Below the pieces are notes generated by a model. It saw only the letters and a list, made by a program, of their open reading frames with translations, searched no databases and was not told the DNA's origin. A stretch of 64,000 nucleotides of DNA from Microcoleus sp. (GTDB lineage: Bacteria; Cyanobacteriota; Cyanobacteriia; Cyanobacteriales; Microcoleaceae), in contig JAYFMW010000030.1 in the NCBI GenBank assembly GCA_042408215.1, forward strand, positions 128,001 through 192,000. The letters run 5' to 3'. Positions 49,442 to 60,396 of the stretch are shown here, piece by piece. Numbering within the stretch: the stretch's first letter is position 1; every line of letters starts with the position of its first letter. Made by a program: the position numbers and the translations under genes.

Positions 49442-50593
49442 TCAGCACCGCTGATATCGCATTCCCGGTAACTGCGAAACTAATCCCAATAATTCCAGTT
49501 GCAAAAGTATACTAGAAACTGTTCCCGCTGCTAATCCCGATACTTCCACAATTACATCAAAAGAATTCGGCCCAGATTCGATCGCACTTAACACCTTAGC
49601 CCATTCCGGCGGCAGTGGTGGCACTTGCTTTTCAACCGTCGGATTTGGTGGAAACAGCGACAACTGCTCGGCTGTGTCCAATTTTGGCATAGCTCCGAGC
49701 ATTTCCAACAACCGCTCTTCACTCAAAAGTCGATCGCTACTCGGCAGAATCGGATGAGCACCTTTACTCAGTAATTCCAAACAACCAAAGGAACGCTCAT
49801 CATCCAATCTGGCCGTCAAAACATACACATCGCGGCAAAAATCATTCGCTTGATAAGCAGTAATTAAAGCACCAGATTTCTGGGGAGCTTCTATCACTAT
49901 TGTAGCACGACTTAAGCCAGCAATTATGCGATTTCTGCGGGGAAAATTAGTTTTATTTGGTTGAGTGCCGGCCGGATATTCGCTAATTGCCAATCCCTGT
50001 TGCAAAATGCGATCGCACAACCGCTCATTTTGTTGAGGATATACAATATCTACTCCCGTCCCCATGACTGCGAAAGTCCTTCCTCCCGCCTCCAAACAGC
50101 CTGTATGGGCTTCTGTATCAATGCCATTCGCCAATCCCGAAACCACAGTAAAACCGCTTTTAGCCAAAGCCATACTAATTTTGCGAGTCCACCTTCTGCC
50201 GTATTCCGTAGGGCTACGAGTGCCAACCATTGCCACTGTCGGCGTAATTCCTTGATTCTCTTTTCTGTCAACATTACCACGATAATACAACACTGGTGGC
50301 GGACTAGGAATCTCCAATAATAAGCGGGGATAATCTGGATCTGCCGGTGTCCAGAAATAGGGATTTTTAATTAGATGTTTTTGAATAAATTGTTCAGGAT
50401 TAATTTTTTCTCGTGCTTGCAATGTTGTTTCAACTGTCTGCTTACCAAACCCATCAACTTGCGCTAAATCTCCAGCTTTTGCCGTCCAAGCCTCTGCCAA
50501 AGTATCGAAATGTTGTTGCAATCTTTGCAGTAAAATCGGCCCGATACCGTTAATCTGCGACCATGCTAACCAGTAAGCGCGTTCTTCTAGCAA
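49442..50593 (-). CDS. dprA: DNA-protecting protein DprA
   Basis: VGTR, VSGLANGID, FPRRNRIIAGLS, EAPQKSGALIT. Confidence 0.95.
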   Translation of the reverse strand: MLEERAYWLAWSQINGIGPILLQRLQQHFDTLAEAWTAKAGDLAQVDGFGKQTVETTLQAREKINPEQFIQKHLIKNPYFWTPADPDYPRLLLEIPSPPPVLYYRGNVDRKENQGITPTVAMVGTRSPTEYGRRWTRKISMALAKSGFTVVSGLANGIDTEAHTGCLEAGGRTFAVMGTGVDIVYPQQNERLCDRILQQGLAISEYPAGTQPNKTNFPRRNRIIAGLSRATIVIEAPQKSGALITAYQANDFCRDVYVLTARLDDERSFGCLELLSKGAHPILPSSDRLLSEERLLEMLGAMPKLDTAEQLSLFPPNPTVEKQVPPLPPEWAKVLSAIESGPNSFDVIVEVSGLAAGTVSSILLQLELLGLVSQLPGMRYQRC

Positions 50594-50763
50594 TGTGCCC
50601 TCCTGAGAATAATTTGATCTTTTTGGGTTGGATATAGTAGGAAAACGGCAATGCTGTGTCTTGTATTTCCACAGATTGAAAACTGCTATCTAGATTTTTT
50701 TTGACGAACCGCGAAGGCGCGAAGAACGCGAAGGGAATTAAGAGAAAGGTTAACAAATACTGG

Positions 50764-51417
50764 CTAAGTTTCCCAATCGACAAAACGGGCATAAATATAA
50801 GCAATGATTTCTCCTGTTACTGTCCGAAAACCTTCACTCGATTTCCACCATTCTTGGGGATTGTAATCTTGCGGTTCCGCGGCTATTATCCCAACTTTAA
50901 TTTCAGGATTCAGCACTTCTTTAAAGACGATCCAACTTCTGCGGGCGTGAGCTCCAAAAGAATAAAGATTAATTGAGTTAACTTTTAAACTGGAAGTAGA
51001 AAGCCAATCTCGAAGTGCGATCGCAGAAGCAGCGGTTCGGTGTTTTACAACACTGGCGGCTGGTACAGCTACGAGTTTATCTCGATCGAATCCTAGCACG
51101 ATACAAGTAGCGGCTGCCAGTTCCGCATAGTTTTTATATTTAGCTAAATAGTAGCCTTTACTTAAGGGCAGTCCTGTGGTAACTAATTGGCTATATCCAC
51201 CTTTTTTAAATTCGGCGATCGCACTTTCTATTGCATAATCCGGCAACCATCCTTCGACTACTAATATATCAGCTTTTATCGGTGATGTCACCGCCAAAAA
51301 AGGATGAATATTTGTGAACATTAAAAGCATTATAATTATCAACCCCAGGATAGCAATTACCCAACCTTCCCTAGTAATTGCCCACATTTCTCGACGACGG
51401 ATTAAACGAATTCTCAT
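50764..51417 (-). CDS. YdcF/DUF218-like protein
   Basis: N-terminal TM, LVVEGW, HARRS, E-x-I-A-Y; start moved to MRIRL. Confidence 0.7.
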   Translation of the reverse strand: MRIRLIRRREMWAITREGWVIAILGLIIIMLLMFTNIHPFLAVTSPIKADILVVEGWLPDYAIESAIAEFKKGGYSQLVTTGLPLSKGYYLAKYKNYAELAAATCIVLGFDRDKLVAVPAASVVKHRTAASAIALRDWLSTSSLKVNSINLYSFGAHARRSWIVFKEVLNPEIKVGIIAAEPQDYNPQEWWKSSEGFRTVTGEIIAYIYARFVDWET

Positions 51418-51572
51418 TTTAACTTTTCTAGATATCGTTCGGAGGTAGAGGCAGAGTGACAAAGTGGGGAAGAGAGGAAGAGTGGGAGAGTGGAAGAGTG
51501 GGAGAGTGAGAAACAGAGAAAATTCCCAATTCCCAATTCCCAATTCCCCATTCCCCATTCCCCATTCCCAAA

Positions 51573-52220
51573 TTATTGGTTTTTCAGATACTCAAAAACG
51601 CTTTTGTCGCCGATATCTTGCGGAATTGCTTGAAAAAACTTCCGCACAGCAAATATTATAAACAAAGCCGCCCAAACTCCCAGCAAAAACTGTTCCTTAT
51701 CCGGGGACAAAAAACCGAAAATATGCCCTAAAATTAATAAAGGAACTGCGGGAGTCAAAAACTTAGTTTCTAGGCGATTGAAGCAGAAAGCTTCTTTGAA
51801 ATAAATGCCGTTTAAGGCGGCAAAAGTAAAGCCGATTCCCCACAAGGTGGCCGGGCGATCGTAAACTGCTAAAGCTAGGGGCTCACTGCTTTGTAGAGCG
51901 ACAACAATTGCTGCTACACCGCCGATCGCCCAAAATAACTGTAGCACCTTGTGCAAGGCAGTCATGTAAATATGAATAGTTGCTAAGCTGACGCCTAAAG
52001 CGAGCCAGAAACAGGCAAAAATAGGCGTTACAGCTTGCAGTGCCGTTGGGTTGTTTCCCTGTTGCAGCACCAGAGTAGTGCCGATCGCGAAACAGAGTGC
52101 CGCCACCGCTAACCCTGTGCGGTATACTATCACTCCTGTGCGATCGCTATCCGTAATCGTAAATTCGCCAAACTGTCCTTGATAGACTTCCAATTCAGGG
52201 GATTTTAGTAGTTGCGTCAC
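51573..52220 (-). CDS. DUF2301-like integral membrane protein
   Basis: YQGQFGEFTIT, IHIY, KEAFCF, DIGDKSVF. Confidence 0.8.
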   Translation of the reverse strand: MTQLLKSPELEVYQGQFGEFTITDSDRTGVIVYRTGLAVAALCFAIGTTLVLQQGNNPTALQAVTPIFACFWLALGVSLATIHIYMTALHKVLQLFWAIGGVAAIVVALQSSEPLALAVYDRPATLWGIGFTFAALNGIYFKEAFCFNRLETKFLTPAVPLLILGHIFGFLSPDKEQFLLGVWAALFIIFAVRKFFQAIPQDIGDKSVFEYLKNQ

Positions 52221-52301
52221 AGTTGTCTCCTATGTATCAGACACGAATGTACTTCTGTCAAGATATACTTGATAGATCAACCCGTAAAGCGAGATAAAGT
52301 T

Positions 52302-52961
52302 ATGTCTAAATTTGATAAGCCTAAATTTGACAAGCCTAGATTGGTCAAACCTCAACTTGACGAGCGCCCAAATAAAAGCAAATCTTTACCTTCAATAGCA
52401 GAACTTCATCCCATTCAGCTTGATGAAACTATTGTAGCAGGAAGAAGACCGAAACCACTAAATCACATCCAGCGTCTGCTGTCGGAAATGCCGGATTTTG
52501 ACTCCCTCGAAGCAAGAATGCCGATCGCTGCTTCTGGAAGCGCACCATTTAATCTCAAACTATTTGAACGTAAACTTAGCCAAATTCTCAATCCAAACAC
52601 TCTTGATGTCGGCGTTAAAAACTTCCTAAAATATCTCGAATACTTGAAAGAAAATATGATCGTACCCTGCCAAGTTACGGGGAGAGAAGAGTTTCGCTGG
52701 GAACAGGAATATCTGAGTAGTCCCGGCAAAAAGAAAGAATATGAAACACTCAAAAAAACTCAACCTTCATCTACTGAAATATTCCAGATTGTGCGGCTGA
52801 GAGATTCTGTTTTTCAGCACGATGGGATCATGGTGGATGTGCAGCGCCTCACTGACAAACAAACATTCATCTTACCCCTGGTAGATTTAAAAGCAATTGA
52901 TGGCAGCTCCCCAAACAATCAATTATTAGAGGATTATACACTGTGGTTTATCAACTATTAA
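52302..52961 (+). CDS. Hypothetical protein, weak CcbP-like C-terminus
   Basis: 219-aa ORF ending LPLVDLKAID...LLEDYTLWFINY. Confidence 0.6.
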   Translation: MSKFDKPKFDKPRLVKPQLDERPNKSKSLPSIAELHPIQLDETIVAGRRPKPLNHIQRLLSEMPDFDSLEARMPIAASGSAPFNLKLFERKLSQILNPNTLDVGVKNFLKYLEYLKENMIVPCQVTGREEFRWEQEYLSSPGKKKEYETLKKTQPSSTEIFQIVRLRDSVFQHDGIMVDVQRLTDKQTFILPLVDLKAIDGSSPNNQLLEDYTLWFINY

Positions 52962-53065
52962 TCAAGTGTTAGGAATGGGTCTGGGGCCTGGGGCCTTGTC
53001 ATTAGTTATTAGTAGCCTACTACAAATAACTAATGACTCATCACTAATGACTAATGACTTCTTAT

Positions 53066-53821
53066 TTAAATAGACTTAGCAAAGTGCGATCGCTCGACCT
53101 TAGCCAAAGCTTCAACTAAACTGCGAACAGCGGCGATCATCGCCACTTCGCTATTCAGTTGACTGACGGCAGAACCGACACCAATACCCGCAGCACCGGC
53201 GCCAATAGCTAGGGGTGCTGTGACGTTGGAGATGCCAGAAGCGCAAAGTACGGGCACCTGTACGGCGCGGGAAATTTCAAAGGCAGCGGCTAAAGTAGGC
53301 GCTGCTTTTTCGATTAATCCCAGGGTGCCGGCGTGAACTGGTTGAGCACTTGTACCGCCTTCTGTTTGGATGATATCAGCGCCAGCTTTGACTAATTCTG
53401 TGGCTAATTGCACCTGTTTGTCGAGGGACAAAATGTGAGGAACAGTCACAGAAAGAGTAATATTGGGAAGTAGCGATCGAGTTTGGCGAGTCAACTCCAA
53501 AACTTCCTCAGCTTCAAAGCGGCGACCTGAAGCGTAGAAAGAGTCAAAATTACCAATTTCAATCAAATCAGCACCCGCCTCTACCGCAGAGACCAACTTT
53601 TCTGGTTCTACAGCAGATACACAAATTGGCAAATTTGTCAATTTTTTTGCCATAATTACCAAATCTCGATCGGCTGCAATATCGACAAAGGTAGCACCGC
53701 CGAGCTCCGCTGCTTTGACGACAGCCGCCACTTTGGCGGCATCAAAATTATTCAAACCGCTGATAATTTTCAGGGCGCGGCCTTGCTCAAATGCGCGCTG
53801 CAATTTAGAATCTACAGTCAT
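53066..53821 (-). CDS. DUF561/Ycf23-family TIM-barrel protein
   Basis: LKIISGLNNFD, EIGNFDSFY, IQTEGG. Confidence 0.85.
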   Translation of the reverse strand: MTVDSKLQRAFEQGRALKIISGLNNFDAAKVAAVVKAAELGGATFVDIAADRDLVIMAKKLTNLPICVSAVEPEKLVSAVEAGADLIEIGNFDSFYASGRRFEAEEVLELTRQTRSLLPNITLSVTVPHILSLDKQVQLATELVKAGADIIQTEGGTSAQPVHAGTLGLIEKAAPTLAAAFEISRAVQVPVLCASGISNVTAPLAIGAGAAGIGVGSAVSQLNSEVAMIAAVRSLVEALAKVERSHFAKSI

Positions 53822-54084
53822 CGTTAGTTTTCCAACTTAGAAAATTTGTTAACACCATTTTGACACGAACCATAACACTTTTTGATTTACGATCGCACGG
53901 GTTAAAAAACCCAGTCCCTGTATAACACAGCAAAAATGCTCAAGCACAATTAGTATTCAGTGCGAACAGCAGAGTCGCGATCGCCCGTAGTAGTAATTTA
54001 ATGTTGAGCTGCGCTTTCCGATTGCGGTACACTCAGATCTTGCACTTACAACAGTTGCAGATCGATCGACGGAGATAAAAACTT

Positions 54085-54729
54085 TTGGGCATAGAGCTAC
54101 GCAGCTACGTCTTTCTAGACAACTTACAGCCACAGCACGCAGCATACATCGGCACAATCGCCGCCGGATTCTTACCCCTACCGGGGGATGCGTCGCTGTG
54201 GATCGAAATCTCGCCCGGTATCGAAATTAACCGAATTACCGATGTCGCCCTCAAATCCGCCTCCGTGCGCCCCGGAGTGCAGATAGTCGAACGCTTGTAC
54301 GGCCTTCTCGAAGTGCATTCGAGTCAGCAGGGGGAAACCCGAGCTGCGGGGAAAGCGATTCTAGAATTCATCGGAGTACGCAAAGAAGAATCTATCAAAC
54401 CGCGAGTTATTTCCAGCCAAATTATTCGCAACATCGACCCCCACCAAACGCAATTAATCAACCGAAGCCGCCGCGGACAGTTACTGCTGGCGGGACAAAC
54501 GCTTTACGTCTTAGAAGTAGAACCCGCCGCTTATGCAGCACTAGCGGCAAATGAAGCCGAAAAAGGCGCATCTATTAACATCCTAGAGGTTCAGGCCGTA
54601 GGCAGTTTTGGACGGCTTTACCTCGGCGGAGCAGAACGAGATATTATAGCAGGTTCCCAGGCCGCAATTGCAGCAATTGAAAGTGTGGCAGGGCGCGACA
54701 ATCCAGCAATTTTAGGGCGCAAGGAATAG
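54085..54729 (+). CDS. ccmP: Carboxysome tandem-BMC shell protein
   Basis: [50 protein letters not shown] start. Confidence 0.88.
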   Translation: MGIELRSYVFLDNLQPQHAAYIGTIAAGFLPLPGDASLWIEISPGIEINRITDVALKSASVRPGVQIVERLYGLLEVHSSQQGETRAAGKAILEFIGVRKEESIKPRVISSQIIRNIDPHQTQLINRSRRGQLLLAGQTLYVLEVEPAAYAALAANEAEKGASINILEVQAVGSFGRLYLGGAERDIIAGSQAAIAAIESVAGRDNPAILGRKE

Positions 54730-54749
54730 CCATTTAAGGAGATGCAATT

Positions 54750-55502
54750 ATGGCAAATAAACAGCATTTGGCGCTGCTGAAACGGGGTGCTGTCACATGG
54801 ATTGAATGGAGAAATCTTCACCCAAATATCGAACCAGATCTTAGCGAAGCTAACCTAGCCGAAGCTAATCTCAGAGGTGCGAATCTTGGGCGATCGAATC
54901 TTTGCAAAATCGACCTGTTCAAAGCTAAATTAATTGCCGCCAACCTCGCCGAAGCTAACCTGAGTCTGGCAAATCTGGCGGGGTCCCAACTGCTCGAAAC
55001 TAACTTGGTTAAAGCCAATTTAACAGGAACCAACCTCCGAGAAGCAGACCTCAGAAAAGCAGATTTGAGCGGTGCAAATTTAATTGGGGCAGACATGAGC
55101 GATGCAAATCTCCAACAGGCAGATTTAGGAGATGCTAATTTAATCGGTGCGGTATTATTTAGAGCTAAGTTGACCGGGGCCAACCTCAATGGAGCCAATC
55201 TCAGTCAAGCCAATCTCACTCAAGCGGAGTTGATAGAGGCTCATCTTTACGGTGCTAATTTCTCTAAAGCTAATCTCACAGAAGCTCACCTGAATGCAGC
55301 TTATCTTTTTAGAGCAAATCTCAGTTTTGCCCAGGCTCGCGGGGCCGATTTCCGGTGGACAAATCTCGGCAAAGCTGACTTGAGCGGGGCGAATTTGACG
55401 GGGGCAAATTTGAGGGGAGCAAATTTGGCGGGAGCTAATCTGAACGAAGCTAATTTGACAGGAGCAACGATGCCTGATGGCAGCATTTTTGCCTCATCAT
55501 AA
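54750..55502 (+). CDS. Pentapeptide repeat protein
   Basis: A(N/D)Lxx repeats throughout; ends ATMPDG. Confidence 0.95.
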   Translation: MANKQHLALLKRGAVTWIEWRNLHPNIEPDLSEANLAEANLRGANLGRSNLCKIDLFKAKLIAANLAEANLSLANLAGSQLLETNLVKANLTGTNLREADLRKADLSGANLIGADMSDANLQQADLGDANLIGAVLFRAKLTGANLNGANLSQANLTQAELIEAHLYGANFSKANLTEAHLNAAYLFRANLSFAQARGADFRWTNLGKADLSGANLTGANLRGANLAGANLNEANLTGATMPDGSIFASS

Positions 55503-55668
55503 GTTTGCAGTACAGGACTTACACAGCTATTGTGTCTGTCATTCTGAGTGAAACGAAGCATCTCGCGAGATGCTTCGCAACGCTTGCGAATGACATATAG
55601 GCTTTGCGTAAGTCCTAATTTAATTAGAGCGCTACTTACCTGGCAATTAATTTGGGCCAGCCGGCGAC

Positions 55669-56172
55669 TTAATAAAGTCCTCTAACTGGGCCCGGAGCAG
55701 TCTGTTGTTGTTGCTCTTGCTCTTGCTCTGGCTGTTGCTCTCTGACTCCCGCTGGAGTTGGGAAACAGCCGCTAGGTTGAGGTGCTAGCTGACAAGCGCT
55801 CGGCATTGCCATTACTGATGAATCGAAGGGATTTGTAGCATCCGGGCTGCGGAGAATTGGATCGCTGGAAACTTGCCGCTGCATGATTTTTCGGTAGAGG
55901 CCATCGAGGCGGCTGGCATCCCGCTCGATTTCTTTGTCGGGAAAGGCAACTACGCCGCTGGGGGAACCGATGCCTAAATAGTCGCCAAAGTAACCCTGCA
56001 AGCTGACGTTGTAGTAAAAGTCTCCAGACGCCTCAAAGAATTGTCGGTTGAAATCGTCGGCAATTGGGTGAAATCTAACTGTTTCTGCTTGAGCTGGTTT
56101 GACGGATGCCAAGGTGGCAGAAGCGACTGCAAGAATCAACATACCACTCAGGCTTTTTAACTTCTGACCCAT
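55669..56172 (-). CDS. Hypothetical exported protein
   Basis: Signal peptide ...PAQA; C-terminal PVRGLY. Confidence 0.7.
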   Translation of the reverse strand: MGQKLKSLSGMLILAVASATLASVKPAQAETVRFHPIADDFNRQFFEASGDFYYNVSLQGYFGDYLGIGSPSGVVAFPDKEIERDASRLDGLYRKIMQRQVSSDPILRSPDATNPFDSSVMAMPSACQLAPQPSGCFPTPAGVREQQPEQEQEQQQQTAPGPVRGLY

Positions 56173-56256
56173 GATATTTAAGCCTCTAAATTAATTCCGC
56201 TTCCAATATAGACTGATTATCGGCGGATTATTTTTGTTTTTGACATACTGCAAGCT

Positions 56257-56832
56257 ATGGATACTGCTGATTTAACGGTGTTGCGCGATCGACTTTTGGA
56301 TTTGTTGTGCGAATTTGCCTATCGCGAGGGAGATTTTGTGCTGTCTTCGGGGCAGAAAAGTTCCTATTACATTAACTGCAAACCTGTGACGCTGCATCCA
56401 GAAGGTGCTTTGGCGACGGGGAGGTTGCTGTTTTCGATGCTGTCAGCAGACGTGCAAGCTGTGGCGGGTTTGACTTTGGGTGCTGACCCAATTGTAACGG
56501 CGGTCAGCGTAGTTTCGGCTTTGGGCGATCGCCCGATACCAGCCCTGATTGTCAGAAAAGAAGCCAAAGGACACGGGACAATGGCATATATTGAGGGCCC
56601 AACACTGCCAGAGGGCGCGACTGTCGTGGTTTTGGAAGATGTGGTGACGACGGGTAAGTCGGCGATGCAGGCGGTGGAAAGACTGCGGGGTGCTGGTTAT
56701 AAAGTCGATCGAATTTTGGCGCTAATTGACAGAGAGCAAGGTGGGGCCGAGTTTTATCGCTCTGTTGGGTTAGATTTTGAGGCCGTGTTTACAATTAAGG
56801 ATATTCAGGAGTGGATGGCTAGCAAGAAATAG
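56257..56832 (+). CDS. pyrE: Orotate phosphoribosyltransferase
   Basis: FVLSSGQKSSYY, RKEAKGHG, VVLEDVVTTG. Confidence 0.95.
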   Translation: MDTADLTVLRDRLLDLLCEFAYREGDFVLSSGQKSSYYINCKPVTLHPEGALATGRLLFSMLSADVQAVAGLTLGADPIVTAVSVVSALGDRPIPALIVRKEAKGHGTMAYIEGPTLPEGATVVVLEDVVTTGKSAMQAVERLRGAGYKVDRILALIDREQGGAEFYRSVGLDFEAVFTIKDIQEWMASKK

Positions 56833-57013
56833 GGGTTTGTAGTCAGGATTTCAGTGATGGAGTAAGATTAAATGAACCGCGAAGGCGCAAAGAACACGAA
56901 GGAAGAGAAAGAAGAAGATGCTGTTCTTCCTTCGCGCTCTTTGTGTCTTCGCGGTTTAATCATTCCGATGCTACCGGATTTGGTATAAAATATCAGTTTT
57001 CACCGCCCACTTA

Positions 57014-58331
57014 ATGGCTATGAAAAAAATCCGTTTTATTGACTTATTCTCAGGAATAGGCGGCCTGAGACTAGGATTTGAAGAAGCCGCTCGCGCCTTA
57101 AATATTGAAACAGAATGCGTCTTAAGCAGCGAAATTAATACCGACGCTCAATTAGTTTACCATAAAAATTTTGGCGACACACCTTTAGGCGACATCCGAC
57201 TAATTGACCAACTCCCAGAACATCAAATTTTACTAGCCGGATTTCCTTGTCAGTCTTTCTCCTATGCTGGTAAAAAAGCTGGCTTTGGAGACACCAGAGG
57301 CACGCTATTTTTTGAGATTGTGCGGCTGATTGATACTTTTAAACCTCAAGCATTTATTTTTGAGAATGTGCGGGGACTTGTCTCCCACGACTGCGGACAA
57401 ACCCTAGAAACTATAAAAGGCGAAATGACCAGCCGAGGTTATAGCTTCGATTATTTTGTACTCAACAGCTCTAACTTTAGTTTACCTCAGAACCGCGTCC
57501 GAGTTTACTTAGTCGGAGTTTTAAATGCGGCGCCACAATTTCGGTTAATTTCAGACTTAGGGCCAAAAGATTCCCATGCTTCTAACCATCAACAACTATC
57601 CTTATTTTATCCCTTAAGTAAACCTGTCACAGTTGCAGATATTTTAGAAGATAATCCAGATTCAAAATATGATTGTTCGCCAGCTTTTGTCAAGGCTTTG
57701 CAACAAATCGTTAACAATGATCTAAATCGCTTGCACGGAATGCGGCTAATAGACTATCGCGGCGGCAATTCGATTCATTCTTGGGAATTGGGTTTGCGGG
57801 GCGAGTGCAGTTTAGCAGAAATTGAATTGATGAATCTTTTTATCTTGAAAAGGCGCAATCAAGAATTTGGACATCACCAAGATGGGAAGCTTTTAACTAA
57901 AGAGCAAATAGCTATTTTTTTGCAAGCATTCGCAGCTTGATGAAATTCTGGATTCGCTGGTTAGAAAAAAGTACCTACAGCGGAATAATGAGCTTTACAA
58001 ACCTGTCTCTGGCAACTTTTCTTTTGAAGTGTACAAGTTCCTAGATCCGCACAAGATATCGATCGCTGTTGTTGCTAGCGATGCGAATAGATTAGGAGTT
58101 TATCATCATCACCGAGTTCGCAGGATTACTCCCCGCGAAGCTGCAAGGTTGCAGGGTTTTCCAGATAGTTTTGTTTTGGACGATCGCGACGATCGAGCTT
58201 ATCATCAATTGGGCAACAGTGTGAGTGTAAATGTTGTCAAAGCTGTTGCTTTAGAAGTGATAGCCGAAGGAAGTTCGGCAACGGATTCTGTAACGGATTT
58301 AACGGATGTAACGGAGGTCAATCGATTTTAG
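57014..58331 (+). pseudogene. DNA (cytosine-5) methyltransferase, HgiCI/BanI-like, frameshifted at a T7 tract
   Basis: Motifs I-VIII in 57014-57940 and IX-X (RLQGFPD, GNSV) in the next frame; removing one T at 57915-57921 fuses them. Confidence 0.85.
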
Positions 58332-58583
58332 ATTTTAGATTTTAGATTTTAGATTTACCCCACGTATAAATGCGGGGGCTTGAGGATTTTAGATTTGGGA
58401 TTTTGGATTGATTCCACGGATAAATCCGGGGGCTTGTACCACCTTTGAAATTATTGGTCAGGAAGAAGGACACGGCAGTGCCGTTTCTCTACAATTAATC
58501 TGGCGATGGTTACATTTTTTATCATCGAGGGCTATCGATTATTTTGGGGTAGGGAAACGGCATTGCCGTGTCCAGAGTTGCTG

Positions 58584-58796
58584 CTAGCCTCCTCCCACAA
58601 TTGTCACAATTTCCAAGCGATCGCCCTCTTGCATTTGTGTATTTTCCCAAAATTGTTTGTGCAGAATTTCCCCGTTATATTCCACAGCCACCAATCGCGG
58701 GTTTAAACCTAACTGTTCTAGCAATCTGGGGAGTGGCGTTTCCGGGGGACAATCGCGAGTTTCTCCGTTGACTTGCAGGGTAATTTGATGAGACAT
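58584..58796 (-). CDS. thiS: Sulfur carrier protein ThiS
   Basis: 70 aa, VAVEYNGEI, C-terminal VGGG. Confidence 0.95.
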   Translation of the reverse strand: MSHQITLQVNGETRDCPPETPLPRLLEQLGLNPRLVAVEYNGEILHKQFWENTQMQEGDRLEIVTIVGGG

Positions 58797-58848
58797 TTGT
58801 GATTAGTTATTGGTTCTTAGTTATGAGTTATTAGTCATTAGTCATTAG

Positions 58849-59210
58849 TTACAGCAGATTGCAGGTTTATGAAGTACACCGCGAATCGATCAATCCCCGT
58901 AGGGACACTCAAGCGTGCCCATTGGTGTCAACTTAAGCCTGAAAGCCTTGAGAAATCTCGTTTTTAGCTGAGTCTAGATCCCCCTAAATCCCCCTTAAGA
59001 AGGGGGACTTAAAGAGGCTTCCTGTCCCACACCCCCTACTCCCCTACTCCCCTTCTTAAGGGGAGTAGGGGTTGAGTAGGGGGCAAGAATGCGGGGGTAT
59101 CTAGGCTTAATGGTCAAACAGCAATCTGTGACTGGGTTTAACGTTAAGTTGACACCAATGGGCACGCTTGAGTGTCCCTACTGCACTTCATAAACCTGGG
59201 ATACGCTGTA
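58849..59210. repeat. Nested palindromic repeat elements
   Basis: Concentric inverted repeats caggtttatgaagt, gtagggacactcaagcgtgccc and attggtgtcaacttaa around a ccccttaagaagggg core. Confidence 0.85.
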
Positions 59211-59295
59211 TTAGTTTTCGGGGCGGGTTTTGGACAAGAATTATTGTTTATCTGCACATTTACTGCGCTAAACCCGCCATGAACCACAACTCAAA

Positions 59296-60381
59296 CTACC
59301 TTTTTACTGGCAGAATATTATGAGCTTTTAGCTTCTCCATCCTCAGCAACTGCGAGATGAAAAACTGCGTCACTAAAGTAGGTTGATCCGCTTCCATAAT
59401 GGCGCGCACTACTGCTACTCTTTGCGCTCCGGCATTCAATACTTCGTCGAGGTTGTTGATATCAATTCCGCCGATCGCAAACCAAGGAATCGGTGACTTA
59501 GTTGCCGCATACCGCACGTAATCGAAACCCGCAGCCTGCTTATCAGGTTTAGTAGGAGTGGGGTAAACCGGCCCTACTCCAATATAGTCGGCCCCCTCCT
59601 CAACGGCTCGCTGCATTTCCTGGGCATTCGTCGTAGAACGTCCGATAATCCGTCCCGGACCGAGCAACCTGCGGGCCTCAACTACCGGCAAATCTTGCTG
59701 TCCTAAGTGTACGCCGTCGGCATTCGCTGCGATCGCCAAATCCACGCGATCGTTCACAATCAGCAAAGCATCGTAGCGATGGCAGATTTCGCACAGCCGA
59801 CGCACTACCGCCAGCTTCACCCCGTCGTCATCGGCGGTTTTTTCGCGATACTGCACCAAAGTCACTCCTCCTTGTAAAGCAGCTTCCACGACTCCCAACA
59901 AGTTGTCTCTGGCGGAAGTTACCAGGTATAACTGCGATCGCCATAACTGCTGGTAGCGCTGATAAGCCAGCAAATCGCTTTCGAGAGTATAAACCCGATA
60001 GCGCATCTGCTTAAAAGCCTTGCCCATATTCGGATCGTAAATTTTGCCGTACTCTTCGAGTACCCGTAGAGCTTCTTCCACCCGACAGAAATTCGCCTCC
60101 AGTAGCTGCTGAATGCTAGAACGTTGCTCTTCCTGGGGGTGACTCAGTTGCGTACCCGGGTCTTCCGGTGTATCCCTAGCACTTCGGAATTCTGCTGCGT
60201 GCCAAAAAGCCAATTCCTGGCGCAGTTGCTTGCACTCGCCAGCTAAATCGGCACTGTTGAGACCAAACCTGCACCATTCTTCAATAATTCTCAACCCTTC
60301 GCGCGCGCGATCGAGATTTGCATCTAAAATCCGGCAGAGGGCTGGCTGTGCCGGTAAAGTTCTGTTTTGTTTATCTGTCAT
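59296..60381 (-). CDS. thiE: Thiamine-phosphate synthase, cyanobacterial long form
   Basis: RILDANLDRAREGLR N-domain; VQYREK, VNDRVD, GVHLGQQD, PTPTK. Confidence 0.95.
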   Translation of the reverse strand: MTDKQNRTLPAQPALCRILDANLDRAREGLRIIEEWCRFGLNSADLAGECKQLRQELAFWHAAEFRSARDTPEDPGTQLSHPQEEQRSSIQQLLEANFCRVEEALRVLEEYGKIYDPNMGKAFKQMRYRVYTLESDLLAYQRYQQLWRSQLYLVTSARDNLLGVVEAALQGGVTLVQYREKTADDDGVKLAVVRRLCEICHRYDALLIVNDRVDLAIAANADGVHLGQQDLPVVEARRLLGPGRIIGRSTTNAQEMQRAVEEGADYIGVGPVYPTPTKPDKQAAGFDYVRYAATKSPIPWFAIGGIDINNLDEVLNAGAQRVAVVRAIMEADQPTLVTQFFISQLLRMEKLKAHNILPVKR

Positions 60382-60396
60382 AAGAAGCACCTTTAT

